This document shows positions 50,689 through 59,634 of a stretch of DNA of 64,000 bases, in pieces. The notes below the pieces were generated by a model. The model worked only from the letters and a program-made list of their open reading frames with translations. It did no database searches and had not been told where the DNA came from. A program made the translations under genes and the position numbers. The DNA is from Terriglobia bacterium (GTDB taxonomy: Bacteria; Acidobacteriota; Terriglobia; Versatilivoradales; Versatilivoraceae), in assembly GCA_963663845.2 (NCBI GenBank), contig OY760650.2:3149509-3213508 (forward strand), written 5' to 3'. Numbering within the stretch: the first letter of the stretch is position 1; every line of letters starts with the position of its first letter.

Positions 50689-50702
50689 GCCAACACCAGA
50701 AA

Positions 50703-52813
50703 CCAGGGCGAATTTTTGTTCAAGACTGGCAGGCTTGGAGGGAAGAGGGGGGAGGGCTGAATCTGTGGTGCTGGTGGGTAGAGAAGGGGATGGCAGAGGG
50801 GTTGGAGGCGATGGTGGGGAGGCGAAGGGATGGATTGGAGGATGGTAGGCAGGGGTGGGCGGCCCGTAGAGAGGGTTGGGGGCTGGCTGGTGGGTTGAGG
50901 GGGGGCTTCAGGCTCTCAGAGGGTTGAGCACGGCCTTGAGGGCGGCCTGGGGTTGACCGGCATAGAAGCGATGGGCCTGGGGCAGGTAGGAGAAGCGACC
51001 CTGACAGCGGACGATGGAGATGGCGGCATTGGTCATGGCGGCGAGGTTGCGGGGCAGGTGGCCGACATGAGCGCGGCAGCGGTCTTCGTCCCAGGAGAGG
51101 TCGCGGACATGATGGAGTCGATTCTCGATTTCCCAGTGACCTCGGACCAGAGCCATCAAGCGTTGGGAGTCGGCCTCTGCGGGGGGCAACGAGGTGAGGC
51201 CGTAAACGACTTCGGTGCTTCTGGCGCCGGTCTTCAGGTGGGTGCGCTCCCGCTGGATGCGGAAGGCTTGGCGGCGATAGGGCAGGCGAGCATAGTCGTT
51301 CCACTGCTTACCCGTCAGGTCGAGGCGACGGCAGCGGCGGGTTTCGATGCGCCCGTGAGCCTTGTCGAGAGTTTCCCGCTGAGAGGCGACGCAGGCGGGC
51401 GCCTCCCAGTCGATGGCCTTGAGGTCCTCCAGCAGGGTGGGCTGGTTGTGCTTCACCGCCGTGGCCACCCAATGGGCCTGACCCTGTTCGACCACCAGGC
51501 GCAGAGTGTCCCCCTGCACATGCAGCGCATCCAGGCTGACGGTCCGACCCGCCAAGCGCAGTTGACTGACCAGGGTGCGCACCGCCGGGATCTCGTTGCT
51601 CTTGTCCCGGACCGCTTCCTGGCCCAGCACCAGGCCCGACCCATGTTCGAGGGCGGCCACCAGCAGCGTGCGGCCCCGGGGGTTGTGGCGGGAGGCGCCG
51701 CGCACCTGCTTGCCGTCGACGGCGACCGGGGCTGGGTGGCGGCTCATCCTGCTGGCCCAGAGCCGCAAGGCCCGGTCGAGGGTGTCGGGAGGCAGCCGCG
51801 CCAGCACGTTGTGGAAGGTGGTGACGGTGGGGGCCGTATAGCGGTTCAGTTTCTTGCTGTAGTAGGCGCGCAAGGCGGCCAACTGCTTCTGAGTGAGACG
51901 GGAGGCAAACTCGGCGATGGCGGTCACGCCTCGGCAGCCGGCCAAGCGTGCCGCCACGGTTATCGTCAGCAGGGTGGCCAGCGGGTAGCGCTTGCCCCGA
52001 GGCCTGCGGAACTCCTCCACCGTGCGCAAGGTCTCGAACAGAGAGCGCAGGCTTCCCTCGCCCAAGGGCTTGGACTCCCCTTGGCTGCGCCAATCGGGGG
52101 AATCATCCAGTTGACTCAGTTGCTGACAGGCATCCGCTTGCAGAGGGTACACGAAGATCTCCTTGGGTTGACCGTGAAGGCACCAGCGCGCGCTGCCCCC
52201 GGGCTGGCGTCGATAGCCCCGCGTCCTGCCCAGCCTCAGCCAGTTGGAAGCCCGGTAGCAGATGCCCCCAAAGCGGCTGGGGTCGACGAAGGTCTCGGCC
52301 ACCAGCACCGGATGGCCGTGCAGCGCTCGCATATCCCTCGATACCCGCCGCAGGCTCAAGCCCAGCACCCGCGAGGCCAGATTCGGTCGATGGGGGCCGG
52401 GCAACACCACGAAGCGGGTGTTGTTGGCAATCAAATGCAGCCGCCGGAACTGCTGCTGCGGAACCCATCCAATCCACCGGTCCCGCGCCTTCAGCTTGAA
52501 GGCTCCTGCCTGCCAGCCCACCAGCGCCACCCACTCCCCGTCGAATTCCGCCACGTGACGCAACCCGCACCCCACCAGACCCTGAAACGGCAAGTAGTGA
52601 TGCTGCCGAACCAGTCGGTCCCAGCGGCGGCGCTCCTCCAGCCCCCGGGTCGGCCGCACCCGCACCGCTCGCAACGGCCGCTCTTTCAGCACAGCAACTC
52701 GGGAGGTGTCCATCGCCATCCCTCCCATCATCCCAGATCAGTTCCCGATTGTCCAGACTCAATCCTACCCCCATTGCTCTTAATCAAATGCCCGTCAACA
52801 AAAAATGGCCCTG
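50703..52813 (-). mobile_element. ISAs1-family-like insertion sequence, element 2 (about 2.1 kb), a diverged relative of element 1
   Basis: Imperfect terminal repeats CCAGGGCGAATTTTTGTT (50703-) and CAACAAAAATGGCCCTG (-52812). 8-9-bp duplication (C)ACCAGAAA at 50694-50702 and 52813-52821. The G-rich region 3' of the transposase gene resembles that of element 1. Confidence 0.75.
50908..52731 (-). CDS. fusion transposase: DUF4338-like domain plus ISAs1-type DDE domain (paralog, roughly 55-60% identical by eye)
   Basis: 'HHYLPF...LRHVAEF...WVALVGWQAGAFKLKARDRWIGW...RLHLIANNTRFVVLP...NLASRVL...ETFVDPSRF', 'DKSNEIPAVRTL', 'KAHGRIETRR', 'GHWEIENRLHHVRDLSWDEDRCR'. Confidence 0.8.
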   Translation of the reverse strand: MMGGMAMDTSRVAVLKERPLRAVRVRPTRGLEERRRWDRLVRQHHYLPFQGLVGCGLRHVAEFDGEWVALVGWQAGAFKLKARDRWIGWVPQQQFRRLHLIANNTRFVVLPGPHRPNLASRVLGLSLRRVSRDMRALHGHPVLVAETFVDPSRFGGICYRASNWLRLGRTRGYRRQPGGSARWCLHGQPKEIFVYPLQADACQQLSQLDDSPDWRSQGESKPLGEGSLRSLFETLRTVEEFRRPRGKRYPLATLLTITVAARLAGCRGVTAIAEFASRLTQKQLAALRAYYSKKLNRYTAPTVTTFHNVLARLPPDTLDRALRLWASRMSRHPAPVAVDGKQVRGASRHNPRGRTLLVAALEHGSGLVLGQEAVRDKSNEIPAVRTLVSQLRLAGRTVSLDALHVQGDTLRLVVEQGQAHWVATAVKHNQPTLLEDLKAIDWEAPACVASQRETLDKAHGRIETRRCRRLDLTGKQWNDYARLPYRRQAFRIQRERTHLKTGARSTEVVYGLTSLPPAEADSQRLMALVRGHWEIENRLHHVRDLSWDEDRCRAHVGHLPRNLAAMTNAAISIVRCQGRFSYLPQAHRFYAGQPQAALKAVLNPLRA

Positions 52814-52822
52814 CACCAGAAA

Positions 52823-53218
52823 ACTGTTCCCCGCAGGCGCGGGGATGAACCGCTGTGAGTGGTCCTCTTGAGCGTGTGATTCAGCTGTTCCCCGCAGGCG
52901 CGGGGATGAACCGCTGTTCCACTTCCCGATATCCGCCCCGGTGAACTGTTCCCCGCAGGCGCGGGGATGAACCGAACGGACCGGAATGGCGCCCGCCAGG
53001 CGTTTCCTGTTCCCCGCAGGCGCGGGGATGAACCGTCCTTGGTGGGTGTGCGCTTTGCCATGGCGCTCTGTTCCCCGCAGGCGCGGGGATGAACCGTGCT
53101 ACAGCGGGCGGCGGAGTCGTGGAACCTGCTGTTCCCCGCAGGCGCGGGGATGAACCGACCTTGGCAGCCGCCAACTACCAGGAGATGCACTGTTCCCCGC
53201 AGGCGCGGGGATGAACCG
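52823..53218 (+). CRISPR. type I-E CRISPR array 2: 7 repeats, 6 spacers (32, 32, 32, 33, 32, 32 nt)
   Basis: Same 29-bp repeat and orientation as array 1. Repeats start at 52823, 52884, 52945, 53006, 53068, 53129 and 53190. Confidence 0.97.
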
Positions 53219-53230
53219 ACTGATTTTCTT

Positions 53231-53263
53231 GAGGCGGCGCCTTCGGCCGTCGCCTCTTTTTTT
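53231..53263 (+). terminator. intrinsic terminator 12 nt after the last repeat of array 2
   Basis: GAGGCGGCGCC-TTCG-GCCGTCGCCTC hairpin (one G-U pair and one mismatch) followed by TTTTTTT. Confidence 0.7.
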
Positions 53264-53293
53264 CTCGCGCTTGGCTCGCTTCTTTCCCGGCGC

Positions 53294-53322
53294 TTGACTT
53301 CCCCGCCCAACCGGTGCATAAA
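53294..53322 (+). promoter_or_regulatory. candidate promoter of DUF29 gene 2
   Basis: TTGACT-17 nt-CATAAA, the same architecture as 34622-34650. Confidence 0.45.
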
Positions 53323-53359
53323 CGCACCTATACCCTTTCGGCCGCTGTGGAGGTGACCG

Positions 53360-53965
53360 ATGGCCCGCGCCGCCAAAATCCCTCAAGCCCGACCGTTTGC
53401 CGAGCCCGATACCCACGGGCTCTACCTGACAGATTCCTACGCTTGGGCGCTAGCGCAGGCCGAAGCCATGCGCCGCCGCGATTTCGGCGCTGTTGATTGG
53501 GAAAATGTTATAGAGGAGATTGAAGACCTGGCCCGAAGCGACGCTCGCAGACTCAGGAGTCAGTATGCGCGAACCATCCAGCACCTATTGAAACTCCAAT
53601 ATCGCCACCCCGGCGAAAGCGACCCTGTTCGCGGCTGGAAATACTCCATCGACGATGCCCGCACTGAAATTCAAAGAATTCTCCGCGACAGCCACCGTCT
53701 TGAATCCATCCGCCACACTCTCTTGGCCAAAGCCTGGTCTGACGGCCGGGCCGACGCCATTAACGCCCTTGTCGCGGACGCGACCCGCACTATCAAAACT
53801 GACTCCATCTATGAACGAGAGCAAAAACAACTTCGCCGAGAATGGAACCGGCTCTTGCCTGAAAATATTCCTTACACCCTCAACCAACTTGAAGCTCCCG
53901 ACTGGTATCCCACTCCCAAAACTGTCTCCCCGAAGGCCCCTTGCTCGCCCTCATTCCGACCCTGA
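53360..53965 (+). CDS. DUF29-family protein, paralog 2
   Basis: 201 aa. 'LYLTDSYAWALAQAEAMRRRDFGAVDWENVIEEIEDLARSDARRLRSQYARTIQHLLKLQY'. Roughly 45% identical to paralog 1 by eye. Confidence 0.8.
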   Translation: MARAAKIPQARPFAEPDTHGLYLTDSYAWALAQAEAMRRRDFGAVDWENVIEEIEDLARSDARRLRSQYARTIQHLLKLQYRHPGESDPVRGWKYSIDDARTEIQRILRDSHRLESIRHTLLAKAWSDGRADAINALVADATRTIKTDSIYEREQKQLRREWNRLLPENIPYTLNQLEAPDWYPTPKTVSPKAPCSPSFRP

Positions 53966-54068
53966 ATGGTCTCGCTAAATTCCACTTCTCAACTGCAGCG
54001 CCTTCTTGCCCTTTTTCACAAACAGATCGCTCAGGGCTTCTTCAAGCAACGACTGTCCCGTCGTCCCG

Positions 54069-54097
54069 CTATTCCCCGCAGGCGCGGGGGTGAACCT
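54069..54097 (+). repeat. degenerate orphan CRISPR repeat (26/29)
   Basis: CTATTCCCCGCAGGCGCGGGGGTGAACCT. The stem CCCCGC/GCGGGG is intact. Lies 104 nt after the DUF29-2 stop. Confidence 0.8.
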
Positions 54098-54155
54098 GTG
54101 GAGTTTCCGGTTCAATCAGGGTCTGTCGGCTTCGGTCGAGGCCGACGGGACCAGC

Positions 54156-54434
54156 ATGAATCGGCTGACCTTGCGGGAGCCGACGGTGAGCGACCTGGAG
54201 ATCTGCGATAAAGAGAAAGACAACTTGGCGCAATCCATTCGCCTGCTCACCTTGATCTCCGAAAATCCGCTCTCCCCTCAAGAGGTTCGGCTGTTGGGCC
54301 GACGCGACTTCTCCCGCCTCCGCAAGCTATCAACGGCTCCAATCAAGGGTGTCGGAGTCGCCACGGCTTTGGGGGCGCCGGGTCAAGACACGAGGCTCGG
54401 GCAACCAGAGGAAATCCTCAGCCTGGCGGCGTGA
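54156..54434 (+). CDS. phage tail assembly chaperone-like (gpE-type) small protein, isolated
   Basis: 92 aa. 'MNRLTLREPTVSDLEICDKEKDNLAQSIRLLTLISENPLSPQEVRLLGRRDFSRLRKL' resembles the gpE/TAC pattern (..ItLr.P..gdl...... L.p.e...L...D...L). No other phage genes nearby. Confidence 0.4.
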   Translation: MNRLTLREPTVSDLEICDKEKDNLAQSIRLLTLISENPLSPQEVRLLGRRDFSRLRKLSTAPIKGVGVATALGAPGQDTRLGQPEEILSLAA

Positions 54435-54447
54435 AAAGGGGTTGTCG

Positions 54448-54713
54448 GCAGAGCCTTTTGCAAAATTCGGAATCGGGCATGCCATTGGGACGACAGCGGC
54501 CGGGAACGGCGAACGAGTCAATGCCCACCCGGGAGCGCGGGCGTCCCGCCCGCACAAGTCCTGGCGCAAAGGAAGCGATCCGGCTGAAGGCGGGTTGGGT
54601 GCGGCCTGCAGGGGAGTGCCCCTGGATGGGAGCTGTTTGCAGGATCAAGGTGCGGGCGGGACGCCCGCGTTCCCGGGGGTTGTCCTGCCGACGAATTTTG
54701 CAAAAGGCTCGGC
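54448..54713. repeat. MITE-like palindromic element with 22-bp terminal inverted repeats
   Basis: GCAGAGCCTTTTGCAAAATTCG (54448-54469) pairs with CGAATTTTGCAAAAGGCTCGGC (54692-54713), 21/22 complementary. It encloses core copy c. Confidence 0.75.
54529..54676. repeat. palindromic REP/MITE-like core element, copy c
   Basis: Arms CCGGGAGCGCGGGCGTCCCGCCCGCA and TGCGGGCGGGACGCCCGCGTTCCCGG, the same arms as at 15121 and 15528, with a shorter and different loop. Confidence 0.8.
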
Positions 54714-54851
54714 AGGCAGGATTTGATTCCACTCCCTCAGTAGTCGCTTTGTCTCACGGAGAAAGCCCGCTATAAAGCGGACAGAGAGTAAGAGGTGGAG
54801 GCAAGGGGCTGATTGCGAAGATTGTAGAAAGAAGTCAGGATCCGGAAGAGA

Positions 54852-55145
54852 TCAGTTGGAGGTCTTCTTGTCGGAAAGTTTCTTGATGAGTTTCAGCCGT
54901 ATCAAGTCGTTCTCGTCCCAACCGATGTCTGCCAGTATAGCTTTGAGCGTTCCAGGAGGGTAGGTCTTGCGGGGGTGGTAGTGAATCACAACCCGTTCGC
55001 GGGTTTTCTGTTTGCCTACTTTGATGAAGACCCTCGTCGCACCTCTTGTCTGATCTTCAATCCACCCGTCCTTTAGGAGGGCACGAATGATTTTGGTTGC
55101 CGTGACCGCTCTTAGCTGATCCCAGACGACTTTAGGTAGGGCCAT
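54852..55145 (-). CDS. hicA: HicA-family toxin (mRNA interferase)
   Basis: 'KIIRALLKDGWIEDQTRGATRVFIKVGK...VVIHYHPRKTYPPGTLKAILADIGWDENDL'. Low GC. Confidence 0.7.
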   Translation of the reverse strand: MALPKVVWDQLRAVTATKIIRALLKDGWIEDQTRGATRVFIKVGKQKTRERVVIHYHPRKTYPPGTLKAILADIGWDENDLIRLKLIKKLSDKKTSN

Positions 55146-55426
55146 TGAACTGTGAGATTTCGTAGCGAACAACCTTCAGGAGTAGGTTCTCCGGCCGGTT
55201 CTTTCCTGACAAATGCTCCGATTGGAATGGGCTCATTGTGCTTGGCTAAAGATGATAGATAGGCGATAACGGCATCCATGGCATGACTGCCTGCTTCCTC
55301 CTCAGTCTCACCATACACGTGGATGCCCTTCAAGCCAGGCGTAAACGCATGATACGCATCTCCGTCTTTTTCTACCATAACCGCGACAGACAGGCTAGGC
55401 GTTGGGTGCCTGAAATGAAAAACCAT
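55112..55426 (-). CDS. hicB: HicB-family antitoxin
   Basis: 'VAVMVEKDGDAYHAFTPGLKGIHVYGETEEEAGSHAMDAVIAYLSSLAKHNEPIP'. Start chosen at ATG 55426. Overlaps hicA by 34 nt. Confidence 0.65.
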   Translation of the reverse strand: MVFHFRHPTPSLSVAVMVEKDGDAYHAFTPGLKGIHVYGETEEEAGSHAMDAVIAYLSSLAKHNEPIPIGAFVRKEPAGEPTPEGCSLRNLTVQWPYLKSSGIS

Positions 55427-55622
55427 TTTCCACCACAAAGTTTCCCAAAATCTCATGGCCTCTCTCCGTTTCTCTACAAAATTTCGGATCTCAATCCAAT
55501 CTGTCGGAGAAAACACAGATCTTGCTGCAAAACTCCCGAAACAATATATAGCTGCAATATCAATGCCAAACTTTCGCTTTTGAAGGTGTCACGTCTTTTT
55601 GTGATCGGAAGAGTCTTCCCGC

Positions 55623-57032
55623 TCAGAACTTGTAGCTGGTGAACAGGTAGGAGTAAGTGAAGGGGTGGCCGGGGGTGTTGGCCCTGACGAAGGGGCCGGG
55701 GAGCAGGTGCGCCAGGCCGGCTCCCAGCGTGAAGTTGTCCGTCACCGGCACCGTGAAGACGGCGTCGACTTCGGCGCCGACCCTTGCGTCGCGGGCGCCC
55801 CCGTGGGGTGGGGCCACCGACACTCGCCCGACCGCGTTGTAGAGGGCATCGGTCCTGGAGGCCAGCCGGAAGGAGTGGAATTCCAGGAGTAGCGTCAACT
55901 TGGAGTGCGGCTTGAACTCGCTCCCCAGGCGCAGGCCCTTGTGGTTGCGCCAGCCGACCCGGTTGGCGCGGCCGTACAGGAAGGCGGTGGTGGGATAGAG
56001 GTTGTCGAAGCCCTCGATTCGGCCGTCGTCGGGATCCTTGTCGCCCGAGCCGAAGTTGTAGTGGACATAGAGGCGCGGGTTCAGCCTGGCCTCGATCGAA
56101 TAGCCCAGTTCTCCGTAGCCGGCCCAGGCCTGGATTTCAGCGCCTGCCGCCTGCCCCCACTGGCGGACCAGGGCGGCGTTGTAGTCCCAGGGCCCGAGCC
56201 CTTTGCCCCAGGCCCGCAGTCCCAGGGTATAACGGTCCAGGTCTCCGACTGCTTTCAGCTCGTTGACGACCGAGGACTTCGTCTGCCAGAGCAGGTAGGG
56301 TTCGAGAGTGGACCCGGGGATGACGTTCTCCAGGGAGCCGTAGAGTCCGTGCAGGTATTCTCCCTCGACCGACCGGTTCAAGCGGCGGTTGGGGTCGTTC
56401 CGCACCACCGAGGCCGAGAAGAGGTCGAGCTTGGCGCCCGCTCCCCGCACCTGCAGCCTGACGGCGTCGAAGACGCGGGAGGTGTTGGACCAGTTGGGAG
56501 CCCCAATCAGGCGCGAGTCGCCGTAGATCAGCGCCTGCCGGCCCACTTTCAGAGAAGCCGGGGCCTGGCTGGCGCCGATCTCGGCATAGGCCTGGCGCAG
56601 GTCGAACGGATCCCGGACGGCTCCGGAGTTGGACAGCGCCGGCCGGATGCCCGGCGCCCTGGAGTCCTGGGCCTGAATCCCGAAGTTCAGCCAGGAGACC
56701 GGCCGGATCCCCACCTCCAGGCGGGTCCGGGTCAGTCCGTAGTCGTCGTCGCTGTCCTGGCTGTAGCCCAGGCCCCGTCCGCTTTCCACGCGAAAGCGGA
56801 ACTCGCCGGCCAGGGAGAGCCAGCCCGGCAGCTCGTCACCCAGACCGCTCTGCAGCGTGACCGGAGTTTCGTCATGCTTCGGGGCGCCGCCTTGGCCAAA
56901 GCCGGCGGGCGTCGACAGGACCCAGATCAGTCCGGCAAGAACCGCCCGCTTGAGCAAGGCGGAGGCCTTCCGCCGGGCGGTACGGCTTGGAGGGACGGTC
57001 GAGACCTGTCCTGATGGCTGGCGTAGAGCCAT
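55623..57032 (-). CDS. outer-membrane beta-barrel protein, alginate-export-like
   Basis: 469 aa from ATG 57032. Signal-like 'LLKRAVLAGLIWVLSTPAGFG'. Alternating beta-strand pattern, 'GEFRFRVE', terminal aromatic '...YLFTSYKF'. Family call is tentative. Confidence 0.55.
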   Translation of the reverse strand: MALRQPSGQVSTVPPSRTARRKASALLKRAVLAGLIWVLSTPAGFGQGGAPKHDETPVTLQSGLGDELPGWLSLAGEFRFRVESGRGLGYSQDSDDDYGLTRTRLEVGIRPVSWLNFGIQAQDSRAPGIRPALSNSGAVRDPFDLRQAYAEIGASQAPASLKVGRQALIYGDSRLIGAPNWSNTSRVFDAVRLQVRGAGAKLDLFSASVVRNDPNRRLNRSVEGEYLHGLYGSLENVIPGSTLEPYLLWQTKSSVVNELKAVGDLDRYTLGLRAWGKGLGPWDYNAALVRQWGQAAGAEIQAWAGYGELGYSIEARLNPRLYVHYNFGSGDKDPDDGRIEGFDNLYPTTAFLYGRANRVGWRNHKGLRLGSEFKPHSKLTLLLEFHSFRLASRTDALYNAVGRVSVAPPHGGARDARVGAEVDAVFTVPVTDNFTLGAGLAHLLPGPFVRANTPGHPFTYSYLFTSYKF

Positions 57033-57171
57033 TGACTCGGTGATTCCTGTCTCTCTCGCATGAGGGCTCGGAGAGTCCCCACCGCGGAGGTCAAGCCAAC
57101 TACGGTTTGGAGATGACCTCAAGGCCTTGCCTTTGATCCATGCCGTTCCGGCCGGGGCGCCTGCCGCCGGC

Positions 57172-59634
57172 TCAGGAGTCCCTGGGCTCGAGCCTGTCCG
57201 ATTCCCCGGATGAGAGCACCGGCTCATCCTCCTCTTCGTCCGCATCTTCCGGTTCAGCCATTATCGCGGGCGATTCCAGGGGCAACTCGACCAGCATCTC
57301 GGTGAAGCTGCCGGGTTCGGTCTCCACCTTGATGGCTCCTCCATGCTGGCGCACGATGTCGTTGGACAGGGCCAACCCCAGCCCGGTTCCCTCGTTGGTG
57401 GGCTTGGTGGTGAAGAAGGGGTTGAAGATCTTGTCGACGACCTCGGCGGGAATGCCGCTCCCGTTGTCCCGCACGCGGATTTCGATCCGGTCCTCCAGGC
57501 GCTTGGTATTGAGCCAGAGAATCGGACTGTATTCGCCCTCCCCGTCAGCCTGTTCTCCGCCGTCCGTCTCCAGGGAACGCCGTCTCTCATCGGTGGCATA
57601 GCAGGCGTTGCTGACCAGGTTGAGGAAGACGCGTCCGATGTCCTGAGAGACGACGTCGATGGATTCGATCTGCGGGTCCAGGTCCTGCTTGATATCCAGG
57701 TTGAACGACTTGTCGGTGGCCCGGGCGCTGTGGTAGGCCAGTCGAGCGCTCTGATCGAGCAGACCGTTGATGTCGGTCGGCTGCCGCTCGCCCGAACCTC
57801 GCCCCATGGAGAGCATGTCGTGTATCACCCGGTTGGCGCGGTCGCCGTGGTGGCGGATGCTCTTGAGATTGCCGGTCAGATCTCCGGAAATCTCCTCGAT
57901 CAACTCCCGGTCCTCCTTGCTCAGCTTCTCCTGGTTGTCGGTGAGGACCTCCCCCAGTTCTTCCATCAGCTCCTCGGAGACTTCCGAGAAGTTCTTGACG
58001 AAATTGAGCGGATTCTTGATCTCGTGGGCCACGCCGGCGGTGAGCTGGCCGAGTTCCGCCAGCTTGTCGCGCATGACCATTTGGTCCTGGGCCTTGCGCA
58101 GGTCGTCCATGGCTTTCTCGAGCTGAGAGTTCTTTCCCTTCAGCTCTTCGGCCAGCTTCTCGACCAGGTTCAGGCGCTGAACCTCCAGGGCGTGACGCCG
58201 AAATACCTCCAGGGCCGCCGCCATCTCGGCCACCTCGTCGTGCCCGCTGATCTCCACCCGGGCCTCCAGATCGCCTCCGGCCATGCCGCGCATGCGATCG
58301 GACAGCTTGTTGAGGCGGCGCAACAGGATCTTTCCCACAAACAGCCAGCCGATCAGCAAGGCGCCCGTGATACTGACCAGGTTCAGGATCAACAGCAGTC
58401 TGCTTCCAAAGAGGATGGCCTGCGCGGAGGAGAGAGTCGCATCCTGAGCCCGCGCACTGGCCGAACCGACCATCCCTTCGACTTCGGCCACCAGGTCGAT
58501 GGAGAGTCTGCGATTGCGCTCCAGCAGGTCCCGCTGCCTGTTGGAGAGACCGAGCTCCTGGGCGCGCAGATCGAATCCATTCTGTTCCCCCAGCCCCAGG
58601 TCCAGCAGGCGGTCGAAAACCGGGGTGATCCTGTCTCGCAACGGAGCCCTGCCGAGAGCCGAAAGGCTGCGCCCGATACCGTCGCGGGCCGACTCGAAAC
58701 GTTCCCGAACCGGCTCGATCAGGGGGATTTCCGTCAGATTGGTGACGCCCGCCAGAAGCTGGGTGGCCGTGGTCGCATGGGCCTGCAATTCAGTCATGTG
58801 ACGGTAGCGGTTGAACTCGGACTTCGAGAAGTGCCGTGCCGGGGAATCCGGCTGTTGGCCAAGGTTGCTGTAGCCGGTCAGCGCATAGAAGTAATGGTCA
58901 TCGACGGCCGGAACCAGGATGCGGGTCAGTTCGTCCTGCAGGGTCTCCAGATTCGCGAGCAGTTCTTCGCTTCGCCGGCTCAGCGAGAAGGACTGGGATA
59001 CCGAATCTCGAATGGCCCCGATGTTCGAGATGATTTCACTCCCATGGGCGAGAATGCGCGAGACGGTTTCTTCTTCTCCTTCCCGTGGGGTCAGGGCTTG
59101 AAGGCGTGTTTCGAAGTCCGTCTGCTCCTTGGCGACCGCGGCGGCGACGTTGGTGAAGTCCGCCGGAGTTGCGGCGGTGACCAGGCGCGGGGCCGCCGCC
59201 ACCAGGATGCCGGCCTGGCGGGCCACGCCGAAGGCTGCGGTCATTTCCGGGATGCTCTCCTCGTTGACCCGGTTCTGGGCATCGCCCACCTGGTTGAAGG
59301 AGAACCAGGCCACCAGGCTTGCCGACAGGGTGATGGCCACCGCTCCGCCCAGCCCGATGTAGAGCTGCATTCCAAGCCGGATTCGGCCTTCCAGGAGCCG
59401 CTGCGCCAGCTCCATCGCCAGGCTGCGATGGCGTTGAACCCTCTCGGTCCCGATCAGGCGGGACAAGAGGCTCAAGACGGCTGTCACGAATCGGCTCTCG
59501 GACAGTTGCTGCAGCAGAGCGGCGGCGGCGGGTCCCACCGACCGGCCGAATGGGGTCTTGGAGCGGCCGGCAGGGCGCTCGGATTCCCCGGAGTGAAAAC
59601 GGTTCTTGAACAAGCGTCGCAGCCGGTCGATCAC
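57172..59634 (-). CDS. HAMP-domain sensor histidine kinase with a ~300-aa periplasmic helical sensor region
   Basis: Two transmembrane segments flank the sensor region. HAMP 'LRRLNKLSDRMRGMAGGDLEARVEISGHDEVAEMAAALEVF', H-box 'LTAGVAHEIKNPLNFV', 'NLVSNACYA', 'DNGSGIP', 'GTGLGLALSN'. GTG 59634 overlaps the stop of the upstream gene (GTGA). The track ORF extends to 59910. Confidence 0.85.
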   Translation of the reverse strand: MIDRLRRLFKNRFHSGESERPAGRSKTPFGRSVGPAAAALLQQLSESRFVTAVLSLLSRLIGTERVQRHRSLAMELAQRLLEGRIRLGMQLYIGLGGAVAITLSASLVAWFSFNQVGDAQNRVNEESIPEMTAAFGVARQAGILVAAAPRLVTAATPADFTNVAAAVAKEQTDFETRLQALTPREGEEETVSRILAHGSEIISNIGAIRDSVSQSFSLSRRSEELLANLETLQDELTRILVPAVDDHYFYALTGYSNLGQQPDSPARHFSKSEFNRYRHMTELQAHATTATQLLAGVTNLTEIPLIEPVRERFESARDGIGRSLSALGRAPLRDRITPVFDRLLDLGLGEQNGFDLRAQELGLSNRQRDLLERNRRLSIDLVAEVEGMVGSASARAQDATLSSAQAILFGSRLLLILNLVSITGALLIGWLFVGKILLRRLNKLSDRMRGMAGGDLEARVEISGHDEVAEMAAALEVFRRHALEVQRLNLVEKLAEELKGKNSQLEKAMDDLRKAQDQMVMRDKLAELGQLTAGVAHEIKNPLNFVKNFSEVSEELMEELGEVLTDNQEKLSKEDRELIEEISGDLTGNLKSIRHHGDRANRVIHDMLSMGRGSGERQPTDINGLLDQSARLAYHSARATDKSFNLDIKQDLDPQIESIDVVSQDIGRVFLNLVSNACYATDERRRSLETDGGEQADGEGEYSPILWLNTKRLEDRIEIRVRDNGSGIPAEVVDKIFNPFFTTKPTNEGTGLGLALSNDIVRQHGGAIKVETEPGSFTEMLVELPLESPAIMAEPEDADEEEDEPVLSSGESDRLEPRDS

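Noticed and set aside
48388-52822. The idea that arrays 1 and 2 were a single array split by the IS insertions.
   Set aside because: After removing both elements and one copy of each duplication, about 213 bp of non-repeat sequence remains between the last repeat of array 1 and the first of array 2. They are therefore separate arrays, or are separated by an old leader or decayed segment.
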